Source: an uncultured bacterium
GTDB taxonomy: Bacteria; Armatimonadota; Hebobacteria; Hebobacterales; Hebobacteraceae
Assembly: GCA_964385645.1 (NCBI GenBank)
Contig: CAYLPT010000072.1
Coordinates: 4,207-68,206 of the forward strand
DNA: 64,000 nucleotides
Reading direction: 5' to 3'
Part shown: positions 15,845 through 24,417 of the stretch, piece after piece
Layout: each line of letters begins with the position of its first letter
Position numbering within the stretch: the first letter of the stretch is position 1
Notes under the pieces: generated by a model
What the model saw: the letters and a program-made list of their open reading frames with translations, nothing else
Database searches by the model: none
Told to the model about the DNA's origin: nothing
Made by a program: the position numbers and the translations under genes

Positions 15845-16621
15845 TCAGTCTCCCTCCGAGGGCTTGCGAGCCGTGATGTGGAGGCTCGTCACGACGCCCC
15901 GCAGGTCTGCTGCGCGGGCGCCGGAGCCGCAGCAGTCCGCCGCCAGCAGCTCTGCCGCGTCGGCCTCTGAGGCCACGCACACCTCCTGCAGGCCGGCCGC
16001 TGCCAGCCCCGCCAGGTACTCGGCCCGGGGCGCGGCGCCGGAGACGCAAGAGCAGTAGGCGTCGGCATCGCCTCGCAGCGCGTCGGGGAGGGCGCCGTCG
16101 AGCACGATGTCGGCGATGGCGATACGACCGCCGGGCCTCAGGACGCGAGCGATCTCTCCGAAGGCCCGCGCCTTGTCCGGCGCCAGGCAGAGCACGCAGT
16201 TGCTCATGACGAGGTCAACGGAGGCGTCCGGGAGGGGGAGACTCTCGATGTCACCGAGGTGGAACTCCACGTTGGTGTAGCCGGCGGCCGCCGCGTTCGC
16301 CCGGGCCCGCTGGATCATCTCCGGCGTCATGTCCACGCCGATGACGCGTCCGGTGGGGCCGACCCGGGCCGCAGCGAGGAAGACGTCCAGGCCCGCCCCG
16401 CACCCCAGGTCGAGCACGGTCTCCCCGGGCTCAATGCCCGCAAGCGCGACCGGATTGCCGCAGCCGAGCCCCAGGTCCGCGCCGGCGGGAGCCGCGGCCA
16501 GGTCCTCCCGCCTGTAGCCGATGCGCTCCCCGGCTGGCGCGGGGGCCTCACAGCAGCTCGACTGCGCCTCTCTCGCGATCGCGCCGTAGCGCTCCGTCAC
16601 CCATTCCTTAGCCTGCGACAT
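15845..16621 (-). CDS. arsM: arsenite S-adenosylmethionine methyltransferase
   Basis: 258 aa. ERYGAIAREAQSSCCE (N-terminal Cys pair), GCGNPVALAGIEPGETVLDLGCGAGLD (SAM motif I), VMSNCVLCLAPDK and YCSCVSGA match ArsM/AS3MT. Confidence 0.88.
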   Translation of the reverse strand: MSQAKEWVTERYGAIAREAQSSCCEAPAPAGERIGYRREDLAAAPAGADLGLGCGNPVALAGIEPGETVLDLGCGAGLDVFLAAARVGPTGRVIGVDMTPEMIQRARANAAAAGYTNVEFHLGDIESLPLPDASVDLVMSNCVLCLAPDKARAFGEIARVLRPGGRIAIADIVLDGALPDALRGDADAYCSCVSGAAPRAEYLAGLAAAGLQEVCVASEADAAELLAADCCGSGARAADLRGVVTSLHITARKPSEGD

Positions 16622-16639
16622 GGTCTCTGTGTCTCCAAT

Positions 16640-16951
16640 CTAGCGATTGCTCGAATGCGCGGGGTCGTAGCCCGAGCGCTCCCGGCGCAGCTGCGCCGCC
16701 CACCTGCGGACCTGCTCGAGCGCCGGGCGGAGCCGGGCCGGGTCGGCCGTCTCGCCCGACAGCATGTAGCCCAACATCAGCACGTTCGCCTGCACGCCCG
16801 GTGGGCACCATTCCTCCTTGGGGTCGAAGCGGTACATCCCGGGCGGCGGGAGGTCAGACTCCCGGTAGCGGCACCACTGCTTCATCTCCAGCCCCAGTCC
16901 GACGCACACGTCGTAACAGGGGCACTGGATGATCTCCTCGCGCTCATTCAT
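16640..16951 (-). CDS. hypothetical Cys-rich 103-aa protein
   Basis: ATG with GAGGAG SD. Sequence begins MNEREEIIQCPCYDVCVGLGLEMKQWCRYRESDLPPPGMYRFDPKEEWCPPG. Five Cys, no family recognised. Sits 18 nt upstream of arsM. Confidence 0.55.
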   Translation of the reverse strand: MNEREEIIQCPCYDVCVGLGLEMKQWCRYRESDLPPPGMYRFDPKEEWCPPGVQANVLMLGYMLSGETADPARLRPALEQVRRWAAQLRRERSGYDPAHSSNR

Positions 16952-17069
16952 CGGCGTACTCCTCGTGTGCCCTCCGCCGGCCGGCGGGGAACGCCCGCCC
17001 GAGGCGGAGCCGACGCTGAACTGACCGATAGCGAGTTCATGATGCCGTGGGCCGCGGGGGCCGGTTCTC

Positions 17070-17942
17070 CTAGCGGATCTGGGGTACCAGCAACACAGGA
17101 GCCTCCGAGCGCCGCGCGACCGCCAGGCTCACACTGCCCAGGAACAGCTCCGCGAGGAAGCCCCGGCCTTGGCTGCCCATGACGACCAGCGAGACGTCGC
17201 CGCGGGTGCGCGCGATGATCTCCTTCTTCGGGGAGCCATATGGTATCTCGATCTGCACGTCGGCGACACCGAGCCCCTCCAGCTCGTGCTTGAGGCGTGT
17301 CAGCCGATCGGTGTCAATCCGCTTGAACTCCTCCAGGCGATCGCTCAGGTGAGGCGAGAGCTTCGCCTCGTCCTGGACGTGCAGCAGGGTGATCCGCCGG
17401 GCGCCGACCTCGGCGATCTGACGCACGAACGCGAACGCGTGCTCGGCGTTATCAGAGAAGTCGGTGGGAAAGAGCACATGCCGCAGCGGGTCGCAGTCGG
17501 CCGGCTCGCATACGGCGCGGCCGTCCTCCTCCCGCCTGAGCCGGAGTCGGAGCAACAGCACGGGCTTGGAGGCGCTGTTGATGACGGCGCTGGCTACCCC
17601 GCCGAGCAGGATCTCAGAGGCCATCGTCTGTCCGTGTGAGCCCACGACGATCATAGAGGCGCCGGCCTCCTCCGCGATCCGGTTGACCTCTGCGTGGGGA
17701 AGCCCGAGCACGATCCTCGCCTCGGTCTCAAAGCCCAGCTCCTCGAGGAGCCGCTTCTGCCTGTCAAGGGTCGGCTGGGCCAGCGCGGTCAACTGATTCG
17801 CCAGGGTTCCGACGTCTCGGATGTTGAGGCAATGCACAAGAAGCGCCTGCCGGGTCTTCAGCGCCTTGAGACCTGCGAGCGCACACACGACTTGGTCGGA
17901 GGCCTGTGAGAGGTCGGTCGCCACAAGCATCTTGGTGAACAT
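17070..17942 (-). CDS. tandem universal stress protein (UspA) domain protein
   Basis: 290 aa. Two Usp repeats, each ending in the ATP-binding-type G-x2-G-x9-G-S pattern (VVGSHGQTMASEILLGGVASAV; VVMGSQGRGFLAELFLGSVSLAV). Confidence 0.88.
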   Translation of the reverse strand: MFTKMLVATDLSQASDQVVCALAGLKALKTRQALLVHCLNIRDVGTLANQLTALAQPTLDRQKRLLEELGFETEARIVLGLPHAEVNRIAEEAGASMIVVGSHGQTMASEILLGGVASAVINSASKPVLLLRLRLRREEDGRAVCEPADCDPLRHVLFPTDFSDNAEHAFAFVRQIAEVGARRITLLHVQDEAKLSPHLSDRLEEFKRIDTDRLTRLKHELEGLGVADVQIEIPYGSPKKEIIARTRGDVSLVVMGSQGRGFLAELFLGSVSLAVARRSEAPVLLVPQIR

Positions 17943-17958
17943 CTGCGCACTCCTCTCC

Positions 17959-19077
17959 TCAAGCGTGTTCGGCGGCGGCGAACCAGCGTTGGGTTCGCAC
18001 GCACACCCGCACCAGCATCAGCATGACCGGAACCTCAATCAGCACCCCGACCACCGTCGCCAGGGCGGCGCCGGAGCCCAGGCCGAAGAGCATGGTGGCG
18101 GTGGCGATGGCGACCTCGAAGTGGTTCGACGCGCCGATCATCGCCGAGGGAGCCGCGTCCCCATACGTGAAGCGCAGCAGGCGCGCCGCCGAGTAGGTGA
18201 TCCCGAAGATCAGCCAGGTCTGGATGAAGAGGGGGATGGCGATCCAGAGGATGGTCAGCGGATTGCCGAGGATGGTGTCGCCCTTGAGGGAGAACAGCAG
18301 CACCAGCGTCCCCAGCAAGGCGATGATTGATACCGGCGTGAGATAGTGCAGGAACTTGGTCGCGAACCAGAGGGGACCCTTGGCGGCGAGGACCCACTTG
18401 CGGGTGAAATAGCCGGCCACCAGGGGGAGGGCGACGTAGATGCCCACAGACAGCAGCAGCGCCTGCCAGGGAACGGGCATCTCGTTCACCCCCAGCAGCC
18501 ACCCGCCCAGCACCCCATAGAGCAGCAGCATGGTCAGCGAGTTGATCGCCACCATTACCAGGGTGTGCCCCTGGTTGCCGTTCGCCAGGTACCCCCACAC
18601 CAGCACCATGGCGGTGCAGGGCGCGATGCCCAGCAGGATGGCGCCGGAGATGTAGGAGCGGAACAGCTCCACCTGCGTGCCGTCCTTGACCACCTCGGTG
18701 CCAGGCACCAGGTCACGGAACAGGTAGCCGAGGAAGGCGGTGGCGATGGCGAACATGGTGAAGGGCTTGATCGCCCAGTTGACCACCAGCGTGAGCAGCA
18801 CGGGCCTCAGGTTCTTGCCGGCCCGGACCACCTCGGCGAAGTCAATCTTCACCATGATGGGGTACATCATGAAGAAGAGCGCGATGGCGATGGGGATGGA
18901 CACGACGGGCGCATCCCCCACGTAGATCGCCATGCCGTCCAGGGCCCTCGCCAGGCCCGGGACGAGCCTGCCCAGCCCGATGCCGCAGCCGATGCAGAGC
19001 ACTACCCACAGCGTCAGGTATCTCTCGAAGACATTGAGGCCTTTGGGCTGGCTGGCAGCGGCCGACGAAGCCGTCAC
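17959..19077 (-). CDS. acr3: arsenite efflux transporter ACR3
   Basis: 372 aa from GTG 19075-77 (GGGGAGGTGAG SD). [23 protein letters not shown]...[13 protein letters not shown]...[10 protein letters not shown] is the typical ACR3 family sequence. The upstream 57 codons of the track ORF are rejected. Confidence 0.9.
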   Translation of the reverse strand: MTASSAAASQPKGLNVFERYLTLWVVLCIGCGIGLGRLVPGLARALDGMAIYVGDAPVVSIPIAIALFFMMYPIMVKIDFAEVVRAGKNLRPVLLTLVVNWAIKPFTMFAIATAFLGYLFRDLVPGTEVVKDGTQVELFRSYISGAILLGIAPCTAMVLVWGYLANGNQGHTLVMVAINSLTMLLLYGVLGGWLLGVNEMPVPWQALLLSVGIYVALPLVAGYFTRKWVLAAKGPLWFATKFLHYLTPVSIIALLGTLVLLFSLKGDTILGNPLTILWIAIPLFIQTWLIFGITYSAARLLRFTYGDAAPSAMIGASNHFEVAIATATMLFGLGSGAALATVVGVLIEVPVMLMLVRVCVRTQRWFAAAEHA

Positions 19078-19147
19078 CGGCTCACCTCCCCTGGGGCGAT
19101 AGATGGGCCAATGTACATATGAACATGTGTCCGGCAGCCAAGGACCG

Positions 19148-19507
19148 TCAGGGGCACCGGACCATGGCCCCCTTCTCGCGCGGACGCAGGCTCCGCGACA
19201 GCCGGCGCTCGTCCAACCGTGCGGCCGGCTCCTGCGCAACGCAGTCACACGCGGCCTCGAGCAGCGCGCGCTCGGGCGCGGAGAGAGAGGACGCCAGCAT
19301 GTAGTGCATCCACTTGCCCTGGCGCCAGTCGCTCACCACCCCCGCGGCCTTGAGCACCCCGAGGTGTCGGGACACACGGTACTGCGGCAGGTCGAGCGCG
19401 TCCACAATCTCGCAGACGCACAGCTCCTCGCGGCCCCGCAGCAGCCGGCAGATGCGCAGCCGCGTGGGATCCGCGAGCGCCTTGGTGAGCTGCACCGCTC
19501 GGATCAT
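19148..19507 (-). CDS. arsR: ArsR family transcriptional regulator (ELCVCE metalloid-site type)
   Basis: 119 aa from ATG 19505-07. [48 protein letters not shown]. Confidence 0.9.
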   Translation of the reverse strand: MIRAVQLTKALADPTRLRICRLLRGREELCVCEIVDALDLPQYRVSRHLGVLKAAGVVSDWRQGKWMHYMLASSLSAPERALLEAACDCVAQEPAARLDERRLSRSLRPREKGAMVRCP

Positions 19508-19511
19508 GGGG

Positions 19512-19537
19512 TCATATGCCTCACATCGCATATGATA
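19512..19537 (-). promoter_or_regulatory. candidate ArsR operator overlapping the arsR-acr3 promoter -10
   Basis: Perfect inverted repeat TCATATGC-N8-GCATATGA (19512-19535). On the minus strand TTGCGC-17-TATCAT (-10 at 19532-37) overlaps the distal arm. A third CATATG-centred near-palindrome, TGTACATATGAACA, lies at 19112-19125 between arsR and acr3. Confidence 0.45.
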
Positions 19538-19630
19538 CCCCAAAACGACCGGAAGCGCAACCCCCCGGGGGCCTCGCACGCAGGAAGGTGGGGCCGCGGC
19601 GGCGACGAACCTGGGGCCGGCGGGAGTGGA

Positions 19631-19659
19631 TTGACTTGACGTGGAGGGCATGATACCAT
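19631..19659 (+). promoter_or_regulatory. candidate sigma70-type promoter of the giant-FtsX operon
   Basis: TTGACT (19631-36), 17 nt spacer, TACCAT (19654-59) with TGa extended -10. Located 55 nt upstream of ATG 19714. Confidence 0.4.
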
Positions 19660-19713
19660 CCCCGGATGGGGGGGGGTGGAGAGTCGCCGGAACACAGTGC
19701 AGGAGGGGTAGTG

Positions 19714-22700
19714 ATGGTCAAGGCAACACTCCGGCGGGCGCTGATCGCCTCTGTTGGCGGCTTCCTGCTGCTGGCGATCGCGGGTGGGTCGCCCTGCCTC
19801 GGCGCATTGGGCAAGAAGGAGCCCACTCCGGAGCAGAAGGAGTGGTGGGGCGCCTTCTCCAGGGAGGTCAAGCAGTCCGAGCTCGAGCGCCACATGGAGG
19901 CGCTCAGTTCGTTCCAGCCCCGGCTGGCCGGCTACCCGGGGGCCCAGCAGGCAGCCGAGTACATCGTCGGGGAGCTCCAGAAGCTGGGCCTCAAGGATGT
20001 GAGCCGGGGCGGCCTCGAGGAGTACAAGGAGCCCTACCGCGAGGCCTTCTGGGTGACGGTGCCGTGGGTATGGGGGGAGCCGTCACTGGAGGTCGTGCAG
20101 GACGGCCGGCCGGTGCGCAGCTTCCGGCTCTACCCGCTCTGGCCCAACGTGGTGCGGACCTCGCACCTGCCCAGGGGCGGCCAGAGCTACCCGCTGATCT
20201 ACGGGGGCGAGGGGAGGCTGGCGGAGTTCAGCGGCAAGGACATCGCGGGCACCGCGGTGCTGATGGAGTTCAACTGCGGCTCGAACTGGCTCAACGCCCC
20301 CCGCCTCGGGGCGGAGGCGGTGATCTTCATCGAGCCGGAGACGACGACCCGGGGCGAGGCGGAGGCGAAGTTCCTCCGCATCCCCATCAACATCCCCCGC
20401 TTCTGGATCGGGCGCAGCGACGCCTACGAGCTGCTGGCCCTGCTCAAGTCCCGACCCGAGGTGACGGTGCACATCGAGTGCAACATGACGTGGGAGCGCA
20501 AGCCCGCCTGGAACGTCGTGGCGGAGATCCCCGGCACCGACCCCGAGCTGAGCAAACAGGCCGTCTATCTCACCGCCTACTACGACTCGATGTCCATCGT
20601 GCCTGAGCTCTCGCCGGGCGCGGAGAGCACGGCCGGCGCGGCGAGCCTGCTGGAGATCACGCGCATCCTCTCCCAGCATCCCCCGAAGCGCACGGTGCGC
20701 GTCATCTTCAACGGCGCCCACTTCCTGGGGCTGGCGGGGATCCGCAACTACATCGCCAACCACCTGGACGACCTGATCGAGGGCCAGCCGGTGCGGGTCA
20801 CCAGGAGGTTCCTCGGGCTGATCCCCTACCGGAGGACGGTCCGGGAGAAGATGAACATCAACCTCTTCCTGGCCTTCGACCTCTCGACGAACCACGACCG
20901 GGTGGGGGTGTTCTACAAGGGGATGTTCTACGACCAGCGCGAGGACATGGACATCAGCCGCCAGTTCTCGGACTTCGCGCGCACCCTGCGGGAGAACGCC
21001 CAGCTCATGGCCGACTGGGGCACGACGGTGGGCTTCAGCAGCGCCTCCGGGCAGTTCGCCGACGGCGTCAACCCCATCTACGGCAAGCCCTGGCGGACCT
21101 TCATCTTCGGCAAGATCGCCCTCGACAACGAGCCCGTCACCCTCGGCGGAGGCCGGGGGGCGGCCTTCGTGACCACCGACGACGCCCGCGCCCTGGTGGA
21201 CACGCCCTTCGACACCATCGAGCACGTCAACTTCCGGAACCTCTACCGCCAGACCTGCTTCCTGGCGGCCACCATGTGGGATATCGTCAATGACCCCAAG
21301 ATGCCGGTGGACCGGGACCCGCAGTTCTCCCGCATGATGGTCTCGGGCGGCTTCGCCGAGGTGACGGTCAACGCGCTCGCCTTCGATCCCACCAGGAGCA
21401 TCGTGGCGGACAAGGTCGTGGACGGGACCATGGTGGTGGCGCGCATGTCGGACTCCACGCTCATGGGCACCCGGGGCGACCTGGTGGAGATCGTGGACGA
21501 GAAGGGGCAGGCCAAGTTCTGGGGCTACCCCACCATCAACGCCTACGGGTGGCGCAAGCCCAGCTTCATCGAGGCCTACCACACCGACCCGGAGACCGGC
21601 CACATTGACTACGCGCCCGACTGGGGGCCGATGGCGAACCGCAACTACCCCCGGGACCCGACCCAGTTCTTCATCACCAGCGGCCGGAGGGAGTTCACGC
21701 TGGTGCTGTTCGACTGCGTCCCCCTGGCGCTGTACGACCTGGTGGACCCCCAGAGCCTGACCACGCTGCGCTACATCAAGGTGTTCGACGGCATGACCGA
21801 CGCCGAGCCCCGCCGCTACGGCGTGACCATCCCCCGCCCGGAGCCCTGGCGAGGGCACGTCGAGGATGTGGCCCTGATCTTTGTGGACCCCGGCCACCGG
21901 GTGAAGGTGATGATGGGCCTGGGGCCGGGCTCGGTGCGGATGTTGCTGCTGAACGCCGAGACCATCAGCAAGGAGAACCCGAGCGGGCTGGGCTACTTGG
22001 TTGATCGGCCCATGGCCCTCGCCCGCACCCCCCTGCACGTCACGGAGGACATGTGGACCCTGGACGAGCTGCGCATGCAGAAGCTGGCGGGCTTCCGCAT
22101 CGTCAACGACATCGTGTGGGAGCACCACAGCCGGGCGGAGGAGCTGCTCGGGGAGGCGCGGGAGGCGCTCGCCCAGAGGGACTACGAGCTGTCCGACGCG
22201 AAGGCCCGCGCGGCCTGGGGCTACGAGGCGAGGGCCTACCCGGCCGTGCTCTCCACCATGAACGACGTCGTGAAGGGCGTGCTGTTCTACCTCGCCCTCA
22301 TGTTGCCCTTCGCCTTCTTCGTGGAGCGGCTCATCTTCGCGTTCCCGAACCTGCGGCTGCAGATCGTGGGCTTCGTGGGCATCTTCGTGGTCATCTGCGT
22401 GATCTTCGCCTTCATCCACCCGGCCTTCGAGATCACCAACAACCCCTGGATCGTACCCCTGGCATTCATCATGCTCGCCCTGAGCATCCTCGTCATCACC
22501 CTGGTGACCATGAAGTTCGAGGCCCAGCTCAAGGCCCTGCAGATGAAGGTCTCGGGGGTGCACCGCGCGGACATCGGGCGCATGGGCGTGGCTGCGGCGG
22601 CCTTCTCGCTGGGGATCAGCAACATGCGCAAGCGCCGCGCGCGGACCGTCTTCACCTGCCTCACGCTGGTGCTGCTCACCTTCACCGTGTTGTCCTTCAC

Positions 22701-24348
22701 CTCGGTGGAGACGGCGACCCGCTACAACGAGCGTCGGGCCCGGGGCGAGCCCCGCTACCAGGGGCTGCTGGTGCGCAACGCGATGTGGGAGCCCCTGGAG
22801 GAGTCGGCCTATCGGGTGCTCAACGACGAGTTCGGGCGCACCCGGGCGGTGGCCCCAAGGGCCTGGTTCTTCACCTCGAAGTGGGAGGAGCAGTCGTTCA
22901 TCCAGGTGAGCACCTCGGCGAGCGAGGCCACCTACGACGCCCGCGCGGTGACCGGCCTGTCCCCGGCCGAGGTGGAGGTGACCCGGCTGGATGAGGCCCT
23001 GGTGGCGGGGCGCTGGTTCCGGCCCGGCGATGTCCACGCGGCGATCATCCCGACCCGCATGGCCGAGCACTTCCGCATCAGCCCCAGGGACATCGGCCAG
23101 GTGCAGATCTTCCTGGGCGGCGTGCCCTACGAGCTGATCGGCATCATCAACTCCAGCCACGCCCGGCGCATCGTGGACCTGGACCAGGAGCCCCTGACCC
23201 CCGTGGACTGGATCCAGATGCAGCGCATGCAGCGCCAGGGCCAGGGCCAGCAGGCCGGGGGGCAGGACCGGGGCTTCCAGGAGTATCTGCACCTCTCGCC
23301 CGACCAGGTGGTGTTCGTCCCCTTCCAGACTGCGCTGAACCTGGGGGCTGAGGTGCAGTCGGTGGCGGTCAGCTTCGTGACGCCCGATGAGGTGAAGGAG
23401 ACGCTGCGGGCGCTGATGCCCCGCCTGGGCTTCAACCTCTACGCGGGCACCGGGGACGAGATCCGCAAGTGGAGCGCCATCGGGCGCACCTCCATCGTGG
23501 GCATGGGCGACCTGCTCATCCCTATCCTGATCGCGGCCCTCATCGTCCTCAACACCATGCTGGGCGCGGTCTACGAGCGGGTGCGGGAGATCCACATCTT
23601 CAGCTCCATCGGGCTGGCGCCCAACCACATCGCCATGCTGTTCATGGCGGAGTCCTTCGTCTACGCCATCCTGGGCGCCATCTTCGGCTACCTGGTGGGG
23701 CAGGGGACGGCGAAGGCGATCGTCGCCCTCGATCTGCTCTCTGGGCTCTATCTGAACTACTCCTCGGTGTCCGCGGTGGCCTCGACCTCCGTGGTGATCG
23801 GCGTCGTGCTCCTGTCCACCCTCTACCCGGCCCGCAAGGCCTCCGAGGTGGCGACGCCGGCCATCGAGCGGCGCTGGCAGGTGCCGGAGCCGGTGGGCGA
23901 CACCTGGGACATCCCCCTGCCCTTCGCGGTGACGGGGGAGCAGGCGACCGCACTGACCCGCTTCATGGTGGAGTGGTTCGAGGCCTATGAGGAATACTCG
24001 ATCGGCGACTTCGTGACCCAGGACGTGCGCTCGTGGGAGGAGGAGGCCGAGTACGGCACCTCCTACATGATCGAGACCATGGCCTGGGTGGCGCCCTTCG
24101 ACCTCGGCGTCAGCCAGAAGGTCCGCCTGGAGACGATCCCGACGGACATGGAGGACGTCTTCGAGATCAGACTGCATCTCGAGCGCGTCAGCGGCGACGT
24201 CTCATCCTGGCGCCGCGTCAACCGACGCTTCCTGAACACCCTGCGCAAGCAGTTCCTGATCTGGCGAACCCTGCGCGCCGAAGACCGGGACCGCTACCTT
24301 GGGCTCCGGCCGGCGGCCGCGGGACCGGCGGCAGAGGCCGCGTCGTAG
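19714..24348 (+). CDS. giant membrane protein: degenerate M28-peptidase/PA-domain ectodomain fused to FtsX (MacB-type) ABC permease plus C-terminal soluble domain
   Basis: 1544 aa from ATG 19714 (AGGAGGGG SD). Signal anchor MVKATLRRALIASVGGFLLLAIAG. M28/PA-like blocks: AEYIVGELQKLGL, AVLMEFNCG...LGAEAVIFIE, WNVVAEIPG, LTAYYDSMS, PGAESTAGAASLLEITR and VIFNGAHFLGLAG. FtsX blocks: RTVFTCLTLVLLTFTVL...large loop...LNTMLGAVYERVREIHIFSSIGLAPNHIAMLFMAESFVYAILGAIFGYLVG. Confidence 0.8.
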   Translation: MVKATLRRALIASVGGFLLLAIAGGSPCLGALGKKEPTPEQKEWWGAFSREVKQSELERHMEALSSFQPRLAGYPGAQQAAEYIVGELQKLGLKDVSRGGLEEYKEPYREAFWVTVPWVWGEPSLEVVQDGRPVRSFRLYPLWPNVVRTSHLPRGGQSYPLIYGGEGRLAEFSGKDIAGTAVLMEFNCGSNWLNAPRLGAEAVIFIEPETTTRGEAEAKFLRIPINIPRFWIGRSDAYELLALLKSRPEVTVHIECNMTWERKPAWNVVAEIPGTDPELSKQAVYLTAYYDSMSIVPELSPGAESTAGAASLLEITRILSQHPPKRTVRVIFNGAHFLGLAGIRNYIANHLDDLIEGQPVRVTRRFLGLIPYRRTVREKMNINLFLAFDLSTNHDRVGVFYKGMFYDQREDMDISRQFSDFARTLRENAQLMADWGTTVGFSSASGQFADGVNPIYGKPWRTFIFGKIALDNEPVTLGGGRGAAFVTTDDARALVDTPFDTIEHVNFRNLYRQTCFLAATMWDIVNDPKMPVDRDPQFSRMMVSGGFAEVTVNALAFDPTRSIVADKVVDGTMVVARMSDSTLMGTRGDLVEIVDEKGQAKFWGYPTINAYGWRKPSFIEAYHTDPETGHIDYAPDWGPMANRNYPRDPTQFFITSGRREFTLVLFDCVPLALYDLVDPQSLTTLRYIKVFDGMTDAEPRRYGVTIPRPEPWRGHVEDVALIFVDPGHRVKVMMGLGPGSVRMLLLNAETISKENPSGLGYLVDRPMALARTPLHVTEDMWTLDELRMQKLAGFRIVNDIVWEHHSRAEELLGEAREALAQRDYELSDAKARAAWGYEARAYPAVLSTMNDVVKGVLFYLALMLPFAFFVERLIFAFPNLRLQIVGFVGIFVVICVIFAFIHPAFEITNNPWIVPLAFIMLALSILVITLVTMKFEAQLKALQMKVSGVHRADIGRMGVAAAAFSLGISNMRKRRARTVFTCLTLVLLTFTVLSFTSVETATRYNERRARGEPRYQGLLVRNAMWEPLEESAYRVLNDEFGRTRAVAPRAWFFTSKWEEQSFIQVSTSASEATYDARAVTGLSPAEVEVTRLDEALVAGRWFRPGDVHAAIIPTRMAEHFRISPRDIGQVQIFLGGVPYELIGIINSSHARRIVDLDQEPLTPVDWIQMQRMQRQGQGQQAGGQDRGFQEYLHLSPDQVVFVPFQTALNLGAEVQSVAVSFVTPDEVKETLRALMPRLGFNLYAGTGDEIRKWSAIGRTSIVGMGDLLIPILIAALIVLNTMLGAVYERVREIHIFSSIGLAPNHIAMLFMAESFVYAILGAIFGYLVGQGTAKAIVALDLLSGLYLNYSSVSAVASTSVVIGVVLLSTLYPARKASEVATPAIERRWQVPEPVGDTWDIPLPFAVTGEQATALTRFMVEWFEAYEEYSIGDFVTQDVRSWEEEAEYGTSYMIETMAWVAPFDLGVSQKVRLETIPTDMEDVFEIRLHLERVSGDVSSWRRVNRRFLNTLRKQFLIWRTLRAEDRDRYLGLRPAAAGPAAEAAS

Positions 24349-24417
24349 CGACCGGCAAGGGCGAGAGCGCCGGACTCCGGCCGCGAACAGCGAGCTGGAG
24401 ACCATAATGGAAGGTAG

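Noticed and set aside
16950-17042. 30-aa minus-strand ORF ending in an ATGA overlap with the 103-aa Cys-rich gene
   Set aside because: It has no SD, atypical AT-ending codons (cta, agt, tca) and no features. It is probably a chance ORF in the usp-to-Cys-rich spacer.
20083-24177. 1364-aa minus-strand ORF, the longest antisense ORF in the track
   Set aside because: It is exactly antisense to the 1544-aa protein, which has clear M28/PA and FtsX motifs. Its translation is a monotonous His/Arg/Gly/Asp/Leu-rich string with no motifs. This is the typical stop-codon-poor antisense frame of a high-GC gene.
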